Shown: piece by piece, positions 38,887-49,739 of the stretch
How the letters are laid out: the number at the start of each line of letters is the position of its first letter
Position numbering within the stretch: position 1 is the stretch's first letter
From: Candidatus Omnitrophota bacterium
GTDB taxonomy: Bacteria; Omnitrophota; Gorgyraeia; JAFGHF01
Length of the DNA stretch: 64,000 nt
Direction: 5' to 3'
Assembly (NCBI GenBank): GCA_020341815.1
Contig: CP070837.1
Span: 135,229 to 199,228 of the forward strand
Translations under genes and position numbers: made by a program
The notes under the pieces: generated by a model
The model's database searches: none
What the model was told of the DNA's origin: nothing
Seen by the model: only the letters and a program-made list of their open reading frames with translations

Positions 38887-41526
38887 ATGAATAAAAAAGT
38901 ATTGCTTATTGACGGTAACTCCTTTTGTTATCGTGCCTTTTACGCCATCAGAAGCCTTTCCACATCAAAAGGTCAGCCCACCAATGCGGTTTACGGTTTT
39001 GTGGCTATGCTGAATAAGCTTATCACGCAGCAAAAGCCCGATTATCTGGCAGTAGCCTTTGACCTTAAAGGGCCTACTTTTCGCCACAAGAAATTTGCCG
39101 ATTACAAAGTTCAGCGCAAGCCTATGCCGGATGATTTAAGCGTTCAATTGCCTGTGATTAAAAGGGTTCTTCATGCCTATCGTATTCCCATATTTGAGAA
39201 AAAGGGCTATGAGGCCGATGATGTTATCGCTACTTTAGCCAAGAGATTAAGCCAGACGAAAGCAGAGATATTGATAGTTACGGGAGATAAAGATATATTG
39301 CAGTTGGTTAGCAGTAATATCAAGGTAATCAATCCGCACAAAGACGATTTAGTTTTAGATGAGGGTTGGGTGAAGAAGAGGTTTGGTGTTGCGCCCGATA
39401 AAATTACCGAGATTATGGCTTTGGCAGGAGATGCCAGCGATAATATTCCCGGCGTTCCCGGCATAGGTGAGGCCACTGCCGTAGAACTGATTAAGCAGTT
39501 CGGCACACTTGATGAGGTATTAGCCAATACGGATAAGATAAAAAATAAGGCCAGGGCCGAAAAGATAAAGGAGTTTGCAAGCCTTGCCCAGATGAGCAGG
39601 GAGCTTACCCGACTGGACAGCGACATTACTCACCTGGCCGAAACCGAGCCAGGCCAGCTGCTCGGACAATTGAAAATAGTCGAGGCGGATAAAAAGGAGT
39701 TGTTTGAGATCTTTAAGGAGCTTGAGTTTAAATCCTTAATGGAGAAGGCCGCAGAAGAATTTAAGGATGAGACAGGTTATAAAGTTATTTCCGATACTAA
39801 AGAAATAGAGGAATATTTTAAAAAGCTTGCGAAAAAAGATACCATAACCTTTTATCCCGCAGGCGGGCGGCCTGACCCTGTGACGGCCAAAATATCAGGC
39901 ATTGCTTTTACTTTCGAGAGAACGAAGCCGGCGTTTTTTTCTTTCGCAGATATTTCCAAAGACGCCCTGAAGCTTATTCTGGAGAATAAAAATATAAAGA
40001 AAATCGGGCACAATTTAAAATACGCAAAAGTGCTTTTCTCCAATTACGGAATTACCTTGGAAGGTATGAGTTTCGATACGATGATTGCCGCATATCTCTT
40101 AGACCCGGCAAAACTGAAATACGGCCTGGGTGATTTAGCTTTAGAATATCTTAATTGCAAATTGGGAGATTTGCCTGATGCGGGCCTGTCTCGCCCTCAG
40201 GCGGACACAGAAAACGAGGCGGCAGAACTTGCCTGCCAGAATGTAACTATAATTTTTAGATTGAGCAAAACCTTAAAAGAAAAGCTGAAAGAAAAGAGTC
40301 TTTTGAGTTTATTTGAGAATATCGAGATGCCCCTTGCGGGAGTCTTGGCGGATATGGAAAGAGAAGGGGTTACGCTGGATAAGAAATTATTGCTTGAGCT
40401 CTCCGGAGATTTTGAGAAGAAACTGAATAGTTTAACCAGAGAGATTTATGAGATGGCCGGCGGCAGCTTCAATATCAATTCACCCAAGCAACTGAGTTCT
40501 GTTTTGTTTGATAAGCTGAAACTGCCCAGAATAAAGCGGACAAAGACAGGAAGCTCAACAGACACAGAAGTCCTGCGTAAGCTCACCAGCGTTCATCCTC
40601 TGGCCCAGCGGCTTCTGGAGTTTAGAGAGATATCCAAGCTAAAGTCCACTTATGTAGAGGGGATGATGAAGCTGTTAAAGTCTTCCTCGTCAGGAAAAAT
40701 TCACACCTCTTTCAATCAAACAGGCACCGCAACCGGCAGGCTTTCTTCAAGCCAGCCCAATTTACAAAATATCCCTATACGCACCGCTTTAGGGAGAAAG
40801 ATTCGCCGGGTTTTTGTTCCTTCGGCAGGCGACAGTTTTCTTTTATCGGCAGACTATTCGCAAATAGAATTAAGGATACTTGCCCATCTTTCGGAAGATA
40901 AAGGCTTGATTTCGGCATTTAAAGAAGACTTGGATATCCATGCCTATACGGCATCTTTAATTTTTAATGTAAGCGTTGATAAAGTATCCCGCCAGATGAG
41001 GAGCGCTGCCAAGACGGTTAATTTCGGAATTATTTACGGAATGGGCGCTTACGCCCTATCCAAGGATTTGGGCATAAAACAGGCCCAGGCAGAGGAGTTC
41101 ATCGAGGCCTATTTCCAGAGGTATCCCGGGGTGAGGAATTATGTCAAGCGCCAGACAGAAAAGGCCGCAAAAGACGGCTTTGTGACCACGCTTATGAAGC
41201 GCCGGCGCTACATCCCACAAATCCAGAGCCCTGATGAAAGCATGCGCCGCTTTGCCCAGCGCATGGCCATAAACGCGCCCGTGCAGGGCTCTGCCAGCGA
41301 TTTAATCAAGGCAGCAATGGTAAATATTCACAATGCCCTGATAAAACAAGGGCATCGGGCGAAGATGATTATCCAGGTTCACGATGAGCTGGTATTTTCC
41401 CTGCCCGAGGAGGAATTGGAGGCGCTCTCTTTGCTTGTTAAGGACAAAATGGAAAATGTAATAAAACTGAAAGTTCCGATTAAGGTTTCAATCAAAAGCG
41501 GAAAGAACTGGCTGGAGGTAAAATGA
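38887..41526 (+). CDS. polA: DNA polymerase I
   Basis: 5'-nuclease EADD and GDASDNIPG; DYSQIELR, QVHDEL. Confidence 0.97.
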   Translation: MNKKVLLIDGNSFCYRAFYAIRSLSTSKGQPTNAVYGFVAMLNKLITQQKPDYLAVAFDLKGPTFRHKKFADYKVQRKPMPDDLSVQLPVIKRVLHAYRIPIFEKKGYEADDVIATLAKRLSQTKAEILIVTGDKDILQLVSSNIKVINPHKDDLVLDEGWVKKRFGVAPDKITEIMALAGDASDNIPGVPGIGEATAVELIKQFGTLDEVLANTDKIKNKARAEKIKEFASLAQMSRELTRLDSDITHLAETEPGQLLGQLKIVEADKKELFEIFKELEFKSLMEKAAEEFKDETGYKVISDTKEIEEYFKKLAKKDTITFYPAGGRPDPVTAKISGIAFTFERTKPAFFSFADISKDALKLILENKNIKKIGHNLKYAKVLFSNYGITLEGMSFDTMIAAYLLDPAKLKYGLGDLALEYLNCKLGDLPDAGLSRPQADTENEAAELACQNVTIIFRLSKTLKEKLKEKSLLSLFENIEMPLAGVLADMEREGVTLDKKLLLELSGDFEKKLNSLTREIYEMAGGSFNINSPKQLSSVLFDKLKLPRIKRTKTGSSTDTEVLRKLTSVHPLAQRLLEFREISKLKSTYVEGMMKLLKSSSSGKIHTSFNQTGTATGRLSSSQPNLQNIPIRTALGRKIRRVFVPSAGDSFLLSADYSQIELRILAHLSEDKGLISAFKEDLDIHAYTASLIFNVSVDKVSRQMRSAAKTVNFGIIYGMGAYALSKDLGIKQAQAEEFIEAYFQRYPGVRNYVKRQTEKAAKDGFVTTLMKRRRYIPQIQSPDESMRRFAQRMAINAPVQGSASDLIKAAMVNIHNALIKQGHRAKMIIQVHDELVFSLPEEELEALSLLVKDKMENVIKLKVPIKVSIKSGKNWLEVK

Positions 41527-42956
41527 ACCCCGCCCTTCCAAATACCACGCCTTGCATAAAAGATATGTGCGGAAGCAATAGAAAGAAGGGCGGGGTGAAA
41601 GTCTTATTCTGTTCCAGCGAAGTAGTCCCTTTTGCCAAAACCGGCGGCCTGGCCGATGTAAGCGGGGCCCTGCCGCAGGCCTTAGAAAAGGAGGGTGCCG
41701 AGGTAAAGGTAGCTTTGCCCGGATACAGATCCGCAAAGGCGCACTCCCCTAAAATGGGCAAAGATATAGAGGTTTATCTTGTTCAAAACGATAAATACTT
41801 CGACCGTAAAGAATTATACGGGACAAGCAGCGGGGATTATCCCGATAATTTAGAAAGATTCGCCTTTTTCTGCAAACAGACCCTCTTGCTATTGAAAGAA
41901 AAAGGGTTCTGCCCCGATATTATTCACTGCAACGACTGGCAGAGCGCCCTTATCCCCGTTTACTTAAAGACCAATTTTAAGGATGATGACTTTTTTAAAA
42001 AGACAAAGGTTATATTTACTATTCATAACCTGGCATATCAGGGGGTTTTCCCTCAAGATGAGTTTGCCAAGACGGATCTCGATAAGCAGCTCTTTAATAT
42101 GCACGCCCTTGAGTTTTACGGCAAAGCCAATTTACTAAAAGGGGGCTTGGTTTTCTCGCGCTTTATTACTACGGTCAGCCCTACATACGCCCAGCAGATT
42201 CAAAGCGTAAAATTCGGCTGTGGACTGGATGGAGTCTTAAGGAAAAGAAAGAAAGATTTATCGGGGATAATTAATGGTCTGGATTATCATATATGGGACC
42301 CTCAGCAGGATAATAAGATTTTTCAGAAATACGGCAGGGATGATTTAGGAGACAAATACATTAATAAGGAAAAGCTGCAGCAGGAATTGAACCTACCTGT
42401 TGACAGAAATATTCCGCTTCTGGGGATAGTCACCCGCCTGGCTTCGCAAAAAGGCATAGAACTTATAATTTCAGCATTGAATAAAAAAATGCCCAAGCTC
42501 AATCTGCAATTTGTTCTTCTGGGTACGGGAGATGAGAAATACCACCATCAGCTGGAAAAGATAATGCAGAGAGGATATAAAAATATCTCTATCAGTCTGC
42601 GTTTTGATGCGGTCCTGGCGCGTAAGATTTATGCCGGGTGCGATATGTTCTTAATGCCTTCATATTATGAGCCCTGTGGGCTGGGGCAGTTGATTTCCTT
42701 GAAATACGGCACTATTCCTATCGGGCGAAAGACCGGGGGGCTGGCGGATACTATTATAGATGCACAAAACGGATTCCTTTTTGAAAAATACAGCCCTGGC
42801 GAGATGATGAGGGCCATAATGAGAGCTCTCAAATTATATGAAAACAGGGAAAAATGGCGAAGCCTGATGCTCAAAGCTATGGATTGCGATTTTTCCTGGG
42901 AGGCCTCCGCTAAAAAATATATCGAGCTTTACGGACAGGCCTTGAAAGAAGTTTAG
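41523..42956 (+). CDS. glgA: glycogen synthase (N-terminal 24 aa element-derived, or starts at GTG 41595)
   Basis: KTGGLADV, HCNDWQ, TIHNLAYQG, EPCGL. Confidence 0.95.
   Translation: MNPALPNTTPCIKDMCGSNRKKGGVKVLFCSSEVVPFAKTGGLADVSGALPQALEKEGAEVKVALPGYRSAKAHSPKMGKDIEVYLVQNDKYFDRKELYGTSSGDYPDNLERFAFFCKQTLLLLKEKGFCPDIIHCNDWQSALIPVYLKTNFKDDDFFKKTKVIFTIHNLAYQGVFPQDEFAKTDLDKQLFNMHALEFYGKANLLKGGLVFSRFITTVSPTYAQQIQSVKFGCGLDGVLRKRKKDLSGIINGLDYHIWDPQQDNKIFQKYGRDDLGDKYINKEKLQQELNLPVDRNIPLLGIVTRLASQKGIELIISALNKKMPKLNLQFVLLGTGDEKYHHQLEKIMQRGYKNISISLRFDAVLARKIYAGCDMFLMPSYYEPCGLGQLISLKYGTIPIGRKTGGLADTIIDAQNGFLFEKYSPGEMMRAIMRALKLYENREKWRSLMLKAMDCDFSWEASAKKYIELYGQALKEV
41528..41599 (+). mobile_element. start-codon hairpin insertion element, copy 4 (72 bp, in frame)
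   Basis: ATGAA|CCCCGCCCTTC...GAAGGGCGGGG-TGAA at the polA/glgA junction. Confidence 0.85.
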
Positions 42957-42966
42957 GGCTTTTATC

Positions 42967-43569
42967 TTGAAGAAAAAGATATTGGTTTTAGGCATTACGG
43001 GAAGTTTTGCCAGCGGCAAAAGCAGTGTTGCTGAGATGTTCAGGAGGCTGGGTGCCAGAATTATCGATGCCGATAAAATATACCACCGCCTAATCAAACC
43101 CCCAAACCCTCTCTATAAAAAAATTGTTTCCGTCTTTGGGCAAGACATCTTAAGAAGAAATAAATATATAGACAGGAAGAAACTGGCCGAGAGAGTTTTC
43201 ACCGACAAAGAGGCCTTAAATAAATTATCGCAGATTACGCATCCTGTAATTATAAAGGAAATCAAAAGAAGATTAAAAAAAATTAAGCCGGGGGTTGTAA
43301 TAATCGATGCTCCGCTTTTGATAGAAGCGGGTTTAAATAAGATTGTAGATAAGTTGATAGTGGTGAAAATAAACAGAAAGAATCAAGTCATAAGGTGCAG
43401 AGAGCAAAGGGGCTTATCCGGCGATGAAATTGCCGGAAGAAACAGGGCTCAAGTAGCTTTGAGTGAAAAAATTAAATTGGCCGACTATGTAATAGATAAT
43501 AATGGGACTTTTAAACAGACAAACGAACAGGTGGATAAAATTTGGAAAAAGATCAGTGTCAAGCGCTGA
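42967..43569 (+). CDS. coaE: dephospho-CoA kinase
   Basis: GITG..ASGKS, IDAD, HP, DAPLL.E, IDNNG. Confidence 0.93.
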   Translation: MKKKILVLGITGSFASGKSSVAEMFRRLGARIIDADKIYHRLIKPPNPLYKKIVSVFGQDILRRNKYIDRKKLAERVFTDKEALNKLSQITHPVIIKEIKRRLKKIKPGVVIIDAPLLIEAGLNKIVDKLIVVKINRKNQVIRCREQRGLSGDEIAGRNRAQVALSEKIKLADYVIDNNGTFKQTNEQVDKIWKKISVKR

Positions 43570-43589
43570 TTAACAAGGAGGTTTTTAAG

Positions 43590-44849
43590 ATGGAGATAGC
43601 GAATTTAAAAGATATGAAAATGGCCGGATTGAATAAGCTGGGAAAGGAGCTTAAGATAAACGGCATAAGCGGCTTAAGGAAGCAGGACCTGATTTTCAAA
43701 ATCCTGCAGGCCCAGGCGCAAAAGGAAGGCCGCATTTTTGGCGAAGGGATACTGGAGATATTGCAGGACGGCTTTGGTTTCTTAAGGTCTCCTAATTATA
43801 ATTATCTGCCCTGTCCGGACGATATCTACATTTCTCCTTCCCAGATTCGCAAGTTTGGTCTGCGCACAGGGGACACCGTAGGCGGGCAGATCCGCCCTCC
43901 CAAAGAGGGGGAAAAATACTTTGCTATGCTCAAAGTGGAGGCGGTAAATTTTGAGAACCCGGAGGAGGCGAAGGATAAAATACTTTTTGATAATCTTACG
44001 CCTCTTTATCCCAAGGAGCGCTATTTGCTGGAGACAAAGGCTGATGAGATTTCCACCCGCATTATGGACCTGATTACTCCTTTGGGGAAAGGTCAGCGTG
44101 CCTTGATTGTCGCTCCGCCATACAGCGGAAAGACCGTAATAATGCAGAAGGTGGCCAACGGCATTACCGCCAATTCTCCCGATACCATTCCGATAATTCT
44201 TCTGATTGACGAGCGTCCTGAGGAGGTTACGGATATGCAGCATTCGGTAAAGGCTGAGGTAATCAGCTCTACCTTTGATGAGCCGGCCGAACGGCATATC
44301 CAGGTTGCCGAGATAGTGCTGGAGAAGGCCAAAAGGCTTGTTGAACACAAAAAGGACGTAGTGATACTCCTAGACAGTATTACCCGTCTTGCCCGGGCCT
44401 ATAATACTATTGCCCCGCACAGCGGAAAGATTCTTACCGGTGGGGTGGATTCCAGCGCTTTGCATAAACCTAAACGCTTTTTCGGTGCGGCAAGGTGCGT
44501 GGAAGAGGGCGGTTCTCTAACTATAATTGCCACTGCCTTGGTTGATACAGGCAGTCGCATGGATGAGGTTATCTTTGAGGAGTTTAAGGGCACAGGCAAT
44601 ATGGAACTTCAGCTGGATAGAAATCTATTTCAGCGCCGGATTTATCCTGCTATTGATATCAAGCGCTCCAATACACGCAAGGAAGAGCTGCTTCTGGACC
44701 CGGAGGAATTGAAGAAGGTCTGGCTGCTGCGCAAGGCGCTGAATGAATTAAGTTCCGTAGAGGCAATGGAACTTCTCATCGAAAAATTGAAAAAGTTTAA
44801 AACCAATGCCGAGTTTTTGCTGTCTTTGGATAAGCTACGCTTGGCGTAA
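43590..44849 (+). CDS. rho: transcription termination factor Rho
   Basis: [31 protein letters not shown]; start at ATG 43590 after AAGGAGG. Confidence 0.97.
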   Translation: MEIANLKDMKMAGLNKLGKELKINGISGLRKQDLIFKILQAQAQKEGRIFGEGILEILQDGFGFLRSPNYNYLPCPDDIYISPSQIRKFGLRTGDTVGGQIRPPKEGEKYFAMLKVEAVNFENPEEAKDKILFDNLTPLYPKERYLLETKADEISTRIMDLITPLGKGQRALIVAPPYSGKTVIMQKVANGITANSPDTIPIILLIDERPEEVTDMQHSVKAEVISSTFDEPAERHIQVAEIVLEKAKRLVEHKKDVVILLDSITRLARAYNTIAPHSGKILTGGVDSSALHKPKRFFGAARCVEEGGSLTIIATALVDTGSRMDEVIFEEFKGTGNMELQLDRNLFQRRIYPAIDIKRSNTRKEELLLDPEELKKVWLLRKALNELSSVEAMELLIEKLKKFKTNAEFLLSLDKLRLA

Positions 44850-44850
44850 T

Positions 44851-44944
44851 ACACTGAGAGCACTGAGAAAAATCTGAAACCTCTGAGAGTCAATTCAGTG
44901 GTTTCAGTGTAATAATTTCAGTGATTTCAGTGATAAAAAAGGAG
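44851..44944. repeat. inverted CACTGA/TCAGTG array, copy A
   Basis: four CTGA units followed by four TTCAGTG units. Confidence 0.75.
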
Positions 44945-44949
44945 ATAAA

Positions 44950-45162
44950 ATGAAAAAGAAGATACATCCCGAATATAAAGAGACGACAATCAGCTGCGCC
45001 TGCGGAGAGGTGATCCACACCCGTTCAACAAAGCAGAATATCCGCGTGGAGATTTGCTCTAAGTGTCATCCTCTCTATACCGGAAAACAGAGACTCGTTG
45101 ATTCTGCCGGGCGCGTGGAAAAGTTCAGACGTAAATACGACCGACAGAAAAAAAATAAATAA
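44950..45162 (+). CDS. rpmE: 50S ribosomal protein L31 (Zn-binding type)
   Basis: IHPEY, CACG, CSKCHP.YTG. Confidence 0.96.
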   Translation: MKKKIHPEYKETTISCACGEVIHTRSTKQNIRVEICSKCHPLYTGKQRLVDSAGRVEKFRRKYDRQKKNK

Positions 45163-45173
45163 GAGAAAAAACT

Positions 45174-46256
45174 ATGTTTGAACGCTTGCAGGAGATAGAA
45201 AAGCGTTATAACCAGCTGCAGGAATTATTGGCGAGACCTGAAACCTTGCAGGATAAAAAGTTATACCCCAGGTATGCCAGGGAGCTGGCAGGCTTGAGTC
45301 TTACCGTGGACAGGTATAAGCAATACAAGGTCCTGCTTAAAGAAATAGAGAATATTGAAACAATGCTGGCGAATAAGGAGCATCATGGTGAGAAAGAGTT
45401 CCTGAAATTAGCAAAAGAGGAATTAGACCAGCTGAATGAAAAGAAAAAAGATTTGGAGTTGCAGCTGGAGGAGATGCTTCTTGAAGAGGAAGACAGCATT
45501 CACAAAAATATTATTCTTGAAATCCGGGCAGGCACAGGAGGCGAGGAAGCAGCTTTGTTCTGCGCCGACCTTTACCGGATGTATACTAAATACGCGGCAA
45601 AATGCGGATGGAAAATGGAGCTTTTAAGTTCCCGTCCCACGGCCATAGGCGGTGTTAAGGAAGTTATCTTTTCGTTGCAAGGAGAAGGCGTCTTTAAAAA
45701 ATTGAAATATGAAAGCGGCGTGCATCGTGTTCAGCGCGTTCCCCAGACAGAGACCTCCGGACGCATCCATACCTCGGCGGTTTCGGTAGCGGTCCTGCCG
45801 GAGCCGCAGGAAGTGGAGTTGAAGCTTGACCCCAAGGATATCAAGATAGATGTTTACCGCTCCACAGGCCCCGGCGGGCAGGGGGTAAATACCACAGATT
45901 CGGCGGTAAGGATTACGCATTTTCCCACAGGGATAGTGGTCAGCTGCCAGGATGAGCGCTCACAGATGAAAAATAAGGCCAAGGCAATGCGTGTGTTGCG
46001 CGCACGTCTTTTAAATAAAATGCAGACGGATCAGAAGAAAGAAATTTCTCAAGCGCGTAAATCGCAGGTAGGCACAGGCGACCGCAGCGAAAAAATCCGC
46101 ACTTATAATTTTCCCGATTCGCGCGTTACCGACCACAGGATAGGTTTTACCTTGCATAAATTGGAATTGGTTTTGGAGGGGAATCTTGAAGAGATAGTCC
46201 AGGCTCTTATCAGCGAAGACAGAAAAAGAAGGCTCAAAGAGTGGAAAAAAGAATAG
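45174..46256 (+). CDS. prfA: peptide chain release factor 1
   Basis: PxT motif (VPQTE), GGQ. Confidence 0.96.
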   Translation: MFERLQEIEKRYNQLQELLARPETLQDKKLYPRYARELAGLSLTVDRYKQYKVLLKEIENIETMLANKEHHGEKEFLKLAKEELDQLNEKKKDLELQLEEMLLEEEDSIHKNIILEIRAGTGGEEAALFCADLYRMYTKYAAKCGWKMELLSSRPTAIGGVKEVIFSLQGEGVFKKLKYESGVHRVQRVPQTETSGRIHTSAVSVAVLPEPQEVELKLDPKDIKIDVYRSTGPGGQGVNTTDSAVRITHFPTGIVVSCQDERSQMKNKAKAMRVLRARLLNKMQTDQKKEISQARKSQVGTGDRSEKIRTYNFPDSRVTDHRIGFTLHKLELVLEGNLEEIVQALISEDRKRRLKEWKKE

Positions 46257-47092
46257 ATTTATTGAAGGAAGGATTTCATTTTTTATCCAAAGAAGGCTTG
46301 GCTAATCCAAAGGTCGAGGCAGAGATTTTCCTGTCGCATATAATTAATTGTCCGCGCCTGGGGCTTTATCTCGATAAAGAGCCCATAACACAAAAAGAAT
46401 CACAGGATTATTGGCATCTGTTGCGCCAGAGGGCAAAGGGGCGTCCTTTACAATATCTTATCGGCTATGTCGAGTTTATGGGTTTAGAGTTCAAGACAGC
46501 TCCGGGAGTATTTATCCCCCGCCCGGAAACAGAGATTTTGATAGAGAAAGCATTGGAGCTTTTAACTCTTAAGAGTTATCTTTCATCCGCTATTTTGGAT
46601 ATAGGTACCGGCTGCGGAAATATCGCCATAAGCATTGCCAAAGAAATAAAAAAAACCGATATTTTTGCTTGCGATATCTCCGATTCTGCTCTACAATTAG
46701 CAGAGGAGAATGCTCATCTAAACAAGGTAGAAATCAATCTTGTCAAAAGCAACCTCTTTAGCGTTTTTAAAAGGAAGAATTACTTTTCTTTAATTCTTAG
46801 CAATCCTCCTTATATCAGAAGCGAGGCTATCCCTGGACTTTCCCGGGAATTGCATTATGAGCCAAGAGGCGCTATTGATGCAGGGAATGATGGCCTCCTT
46901 TATTACCGGGCAATTTTGTCTGAGGCTGCGGATTATTTATCCGATAAAGGTATGCTGATATTGGAAATCGGGGATAAACAAGGGGCTTTAATAAAAGAGA
47001 TTGTTGCCAGGACGAAAAGGCTTTCCGTGATCGAGGTAATTAAAGATTATAACGATATCGAAAGAATAATAGTCGCAGAAAAACAAAGGTAG
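46241..47092 (+). CDS. prmC: release factor glutamine methyltransferase
   Basis: [18 protein letters not shown]. Confidence 0.94.
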   Translation: MEKRIDLLKEGFHFLSKEGLANPKVEAEIFLSHIINCPRLGLYLDKEPITQKESQDYWHLLRQRAKGRPLQYLIGYVEFMGLEFKTAPGVFIPRPETEILIEKALELLTLKSYLSSAILDIGTGCGNIAISIAKEIKKTDIFACDISDSALQLAEENAHLNKVEINLVKSNLFSVFKRKNYFSLILSNPPYIRSEAIPGLSRELHYEPRGAIDAGNDGLLYYRAILSEAADYLSDKGMLILEIGDKQGALIKEIVARTKRLSVIEVIKDYNDIERIIVAEKQR

Positions 47093-47095
47093 AAT

Positions 47096-48358
47096 ATGGA
47101 TAAGCTTGTTATTGAAGGCGGAAGGAAACTCAAGGGCACTGTGCAGATAAGCGGGGCTAAAAATGCAGCGTTACCTATCCTGGCGGCTACTTTACTTACG
47201 CAGGAGAAGTGCGTTATATCCAATGTTCCCCCCCTTCGCGATGTGCAGACTATGGTTAAAATTTTGCGCAGTTTAGGGGTAAGGGTGCAGATGCAGGACA
47301 GCCGCATTACGGTTTACCCGGCTAAATATAAAGGATATACCGCCCCTTATAAATTAGTCAGTACTATGCGGGCTTCTATTTGTGTGCTCGGGCCGCTTCT
47401 GGCAAAACAGGCCCTGGTGCGGGTGTCTCTGCCGGGAGGATGCGTTATCGGGCCCCGGCCTATCGATTTGCACCTTAAAGGACTAAGCGCCCTGGGTGCT
47501 AAGATTAAGATTGAGCATGGATACATTGTTGCCCAGGGAAAGAAGATGAAAGGGGCGCGCATTTATTTAGGCGGGCCTTTTGGTTCTTCGGTCCTGGCCA
47601 CGGCCAATGTAATGATGGCGGCAACCTTAACCCCCGGCATAACCATAATCGAGAATGCCGCCTGCGAGCCTGAAGTGGTGGACTTGGCAAATTTCTTATT
47701 GAAGATGGGAGCCAAGATTCATGGCCAGAAGACACATACTATTGAAATTGAGGGAGTGAAAAAGTTGCACGGCGCCGAACACAAAATTATCAATGACCGC
47801 ATAGAGGCAGGAACTTATATGCTGGCCTGCGCTATAACGGGAGGAGAGATTTCCATCAAGGGTGCATCTATCAGTCATCTGGGGGTGTTGATTGATAAAC
47901 TCAAGGGTGTCGGAACGACAATCAGGCATTCCGGCGACACTATTTTTGTTAAGGCCACGCGCCGCCTGCGACCGGTAGATATTACTACGCTGCCTTTTCC
48001 GGGTTTTCCTACTGATCTTCAGGCGCAGATGATGGTCTTGATGTGTATGGCTGGTGGCATTAGCGTGATTACCGAGAAGGTTTATCCCGAGAGATTTATG
48101 CATATCAGCGAGCTAAACCGCATGGGTGCCCGAGTTATGAAGGAAGGCTCAAGCGCCATTATTGAGGGGGTGCCGAAATTGAGCGGCGCGCCGGTAATGG
48201 CTTCGGACTTACGCGCTTCCGCAGCGCTGGTTTTAGCGGGGCTGGCGGCCTCAGGCAGGACGGAAATCTCGCGGGTTTATCATTTGGATAGAGGTTATAA
48301 AACAATGGAAGAGAAACTCTCACGATTAGGAGCAAAGATTTGGCGGGAGAAGGAATGA
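47096..48358 (+). CDS. murA: UDP-N-acetylglucosamine 1-carboxyvinyltransferase
   Basis: GAKNAALP, PGGCVIG.RP, PGFPTD.Q, DLRA. Confidence 0.97.
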   Translation: MDKLVIEGGRKLKGTVQISGAKNAALPILAATLLTQEKCVISNVPPLRDVQTMVKILRSLGVRVQMQDSRITVYPAKYKGYTAPYKLVSTMRASICVLGPLLAKQALVRVSLPGGCVIGPRPIDLHLKGLSALGAKIKIEHGYIVAQGKKMKGARIYLGGPFGSSVLATANVMMAATLTPGITIIENAACEPEVVDLANFLLKMGAKIHGQKTHTIEIEGVKKLHGAEHKIINDRIEAGTYMLACAITGGEISIKGASISHLGVLIDKLKGVGTTIRHSGDTIFVKATRRLRPVDITTLPFPGFPTDLQAQMMVLMCMAGGISVITEKVYPERFMHISELNRMGARVMKEGSSAIIEGVPKLSGAPVMASDLRASAALVLAGLAASGRTEISRVYHLDRGYKTMEEKLSRLGAKIWREKE

Positions 48359-48371
48359 TTAAGGAGGCAAG

Positions 48372-48614
48372 ATGGCAGTAGCAATAAGATTAAAAAGATT
48401 AGGCACAAATAAAAAACCGCATTCAAGGATTATTGTCTGCGAATCAAGCAGGGCGCGCGATGCGCGCATAATCGATAAAATCGGTTTTTATAACCCCACG
48501 AAGAATCCGCCTTTAGTGAAAGTCGATAAGGAAAAGGCGGAGAAATGGCTCAAGGCGGGGGCGCGGCCTTCGGAGACGGTTAGAAGTATCTTTAAGAGAC
48601 AAGGTATAGTTTAA
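48372..48614 (+). CDS. rpsP: 30S ribosomal protein S16
   Basis: IRL.R.G..KKP..RI, G.YNP, GA.PSETV. Confidence 0.94.
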   Translation: MAVAIRLKRLGTNKKPHSRIIVCESSRARDARIIDKIGFYNPTKNPPLVKVDKEKAEKWLKAGARPSETVRSIFKRQGIV

Positions 48615-48627
48615 GAAGCTTTAAGCT

Positions 48628-49344
48628 ATGAAAATAGATGTAATTACTATTTTCCCCAAGATGTTTTCCCCGGTTTTGAATGAGTCTATCATCAAGCGTG
48701 CTCAGGCCAAGGGGCTTCTGAAGATAAAGATACACAACTTAAGGGATTATTCTAAAGATAAGCACCGCAAGATTGATGACCGTCCTTTCGGGGCAGGCCC
48801 GGGAATGGTTTTTCAGCCGGAGCCTATTTTTAGGGCAGTAGAAAGCATAGTTCATAGTTCGTCGTTCATAGTTCATAGAAAAAAAAGAATACGAAAAACA
48901 AAGTCTAAGACAAAGATTATTTTGTTGAGTCCGCAGGGAAAAAAATTAAACCATAAACTCACTAAGAAACTGTCCAGATACAAGCACTTAATCCTGATTT
49001 GCGGACACTACGAAGGCGTTGATGAAAGAGTGCGTCAGAAGTTAGTTACGGATGAGGTCTCCATAGGCGACTATGTCTTGACCTGTGGAGAATTGCCGGC
49101 AATGGTTTTAATCGATGCGGTCACCCGGCTTATCCCCAAGGTCTTAGGCAAGCTTGAGTCAACGCATTTTGAATCATTTAGCCAGGACTTGTTAGAGTAT
49201 CCCCAATACACCAGGCCTTCTGTATTTCGGGGTATGAAGGTGCCTGAGGTGCTTTTATCCGGCAATCATAAATTGATTGAAAAATGGCGCAGGGATAAGG
49301 CGCTGGAGATAACCAGGAAAAACAGGCCCGACCTTTTAAAGTAG
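48628..49344 (+). CDS. trmD: tRNA (guanine37-N1)-methyltransferase
   Basis: [35 protein letters not shown]. Confidence 0.96.
   Translation: MKIDVITIFPKMFSPVLNESIIKRAQAKGLLKIKIHNLRDYSKDKHRKIDDRPFGAGPGMVFQPEPIFRAVESIVHSSSFIVHRKKRIRKTKSKTKIILLSPQGKKLNHKLTKKLSRYKHLILICGHYEGVDERVRQKLVTDEVSIGDYVLTCGELPAMVLIDAVTRLIPKVLGKLESTHFESFSQDLLEYPQYTRPSVFRGMKVPEVLLSGNHKLIEKWRRDKALEITRKNRPDLLK
48846..48878 (+). repeat. heptamer tandem repeat inside trmD
   Basis: CATAGTT CATAGTT CGTCGTT CATAGTT CATAG; encodes [11 protein letters not shown]. Confidence 0.75.
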
Positions 49345-49367
49345 ATAGAGAGAGGAGTGCAAAAAAG

Positions 49368-49739
49368 ATGAAACAGATTGACTTAATGGAATCAGCCCAC
49401 CTTAAAAAAGAGATCCCTGAGCTTAAAGTCGGGGATACCATTTGTGTATATGTAAAGATCAAGGAAGAAGACAAAGTGCGCATTCAGGCCTTTGAAGGGA
49501 CCTTGATCGCCAAGCGTGGCAAGGGCCCTAAGGCAACTTTTACCATGCGTAAGGTCTCATACGGAGAGGGCCTGGAGAGAACGTTTCTCCTGCATTCTCC
49601 TTCGATTGACAGGATTGAAGTGGTCAGAAAAGGAAAGGCCAGAAGGGCTAAACTCTATTACCTCAGGGAAAAAGTAGGGAAAAAGTCAAAGGTTGCGCAA
49701 AAGCTGGAAAAGGCACAATCTAAAACTAAAAAAGTTTGA
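49368..49739 (+). CDS. rplS: 50S ribosomal protein L19
   Basis: [26 protein letters not shown]. Confidence 0.96.
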   Translation: MKQIDLMESAHLKKEIPELKVGDTICVYVKIKEEDKVRIQAFEGTLIAKRGKGPKATFTMRKVSYGEGLERTFLLHSPSIDRIEVVRKGKARRAKLYYLREKVGKKSKVAQKLEKAQSKTKKV

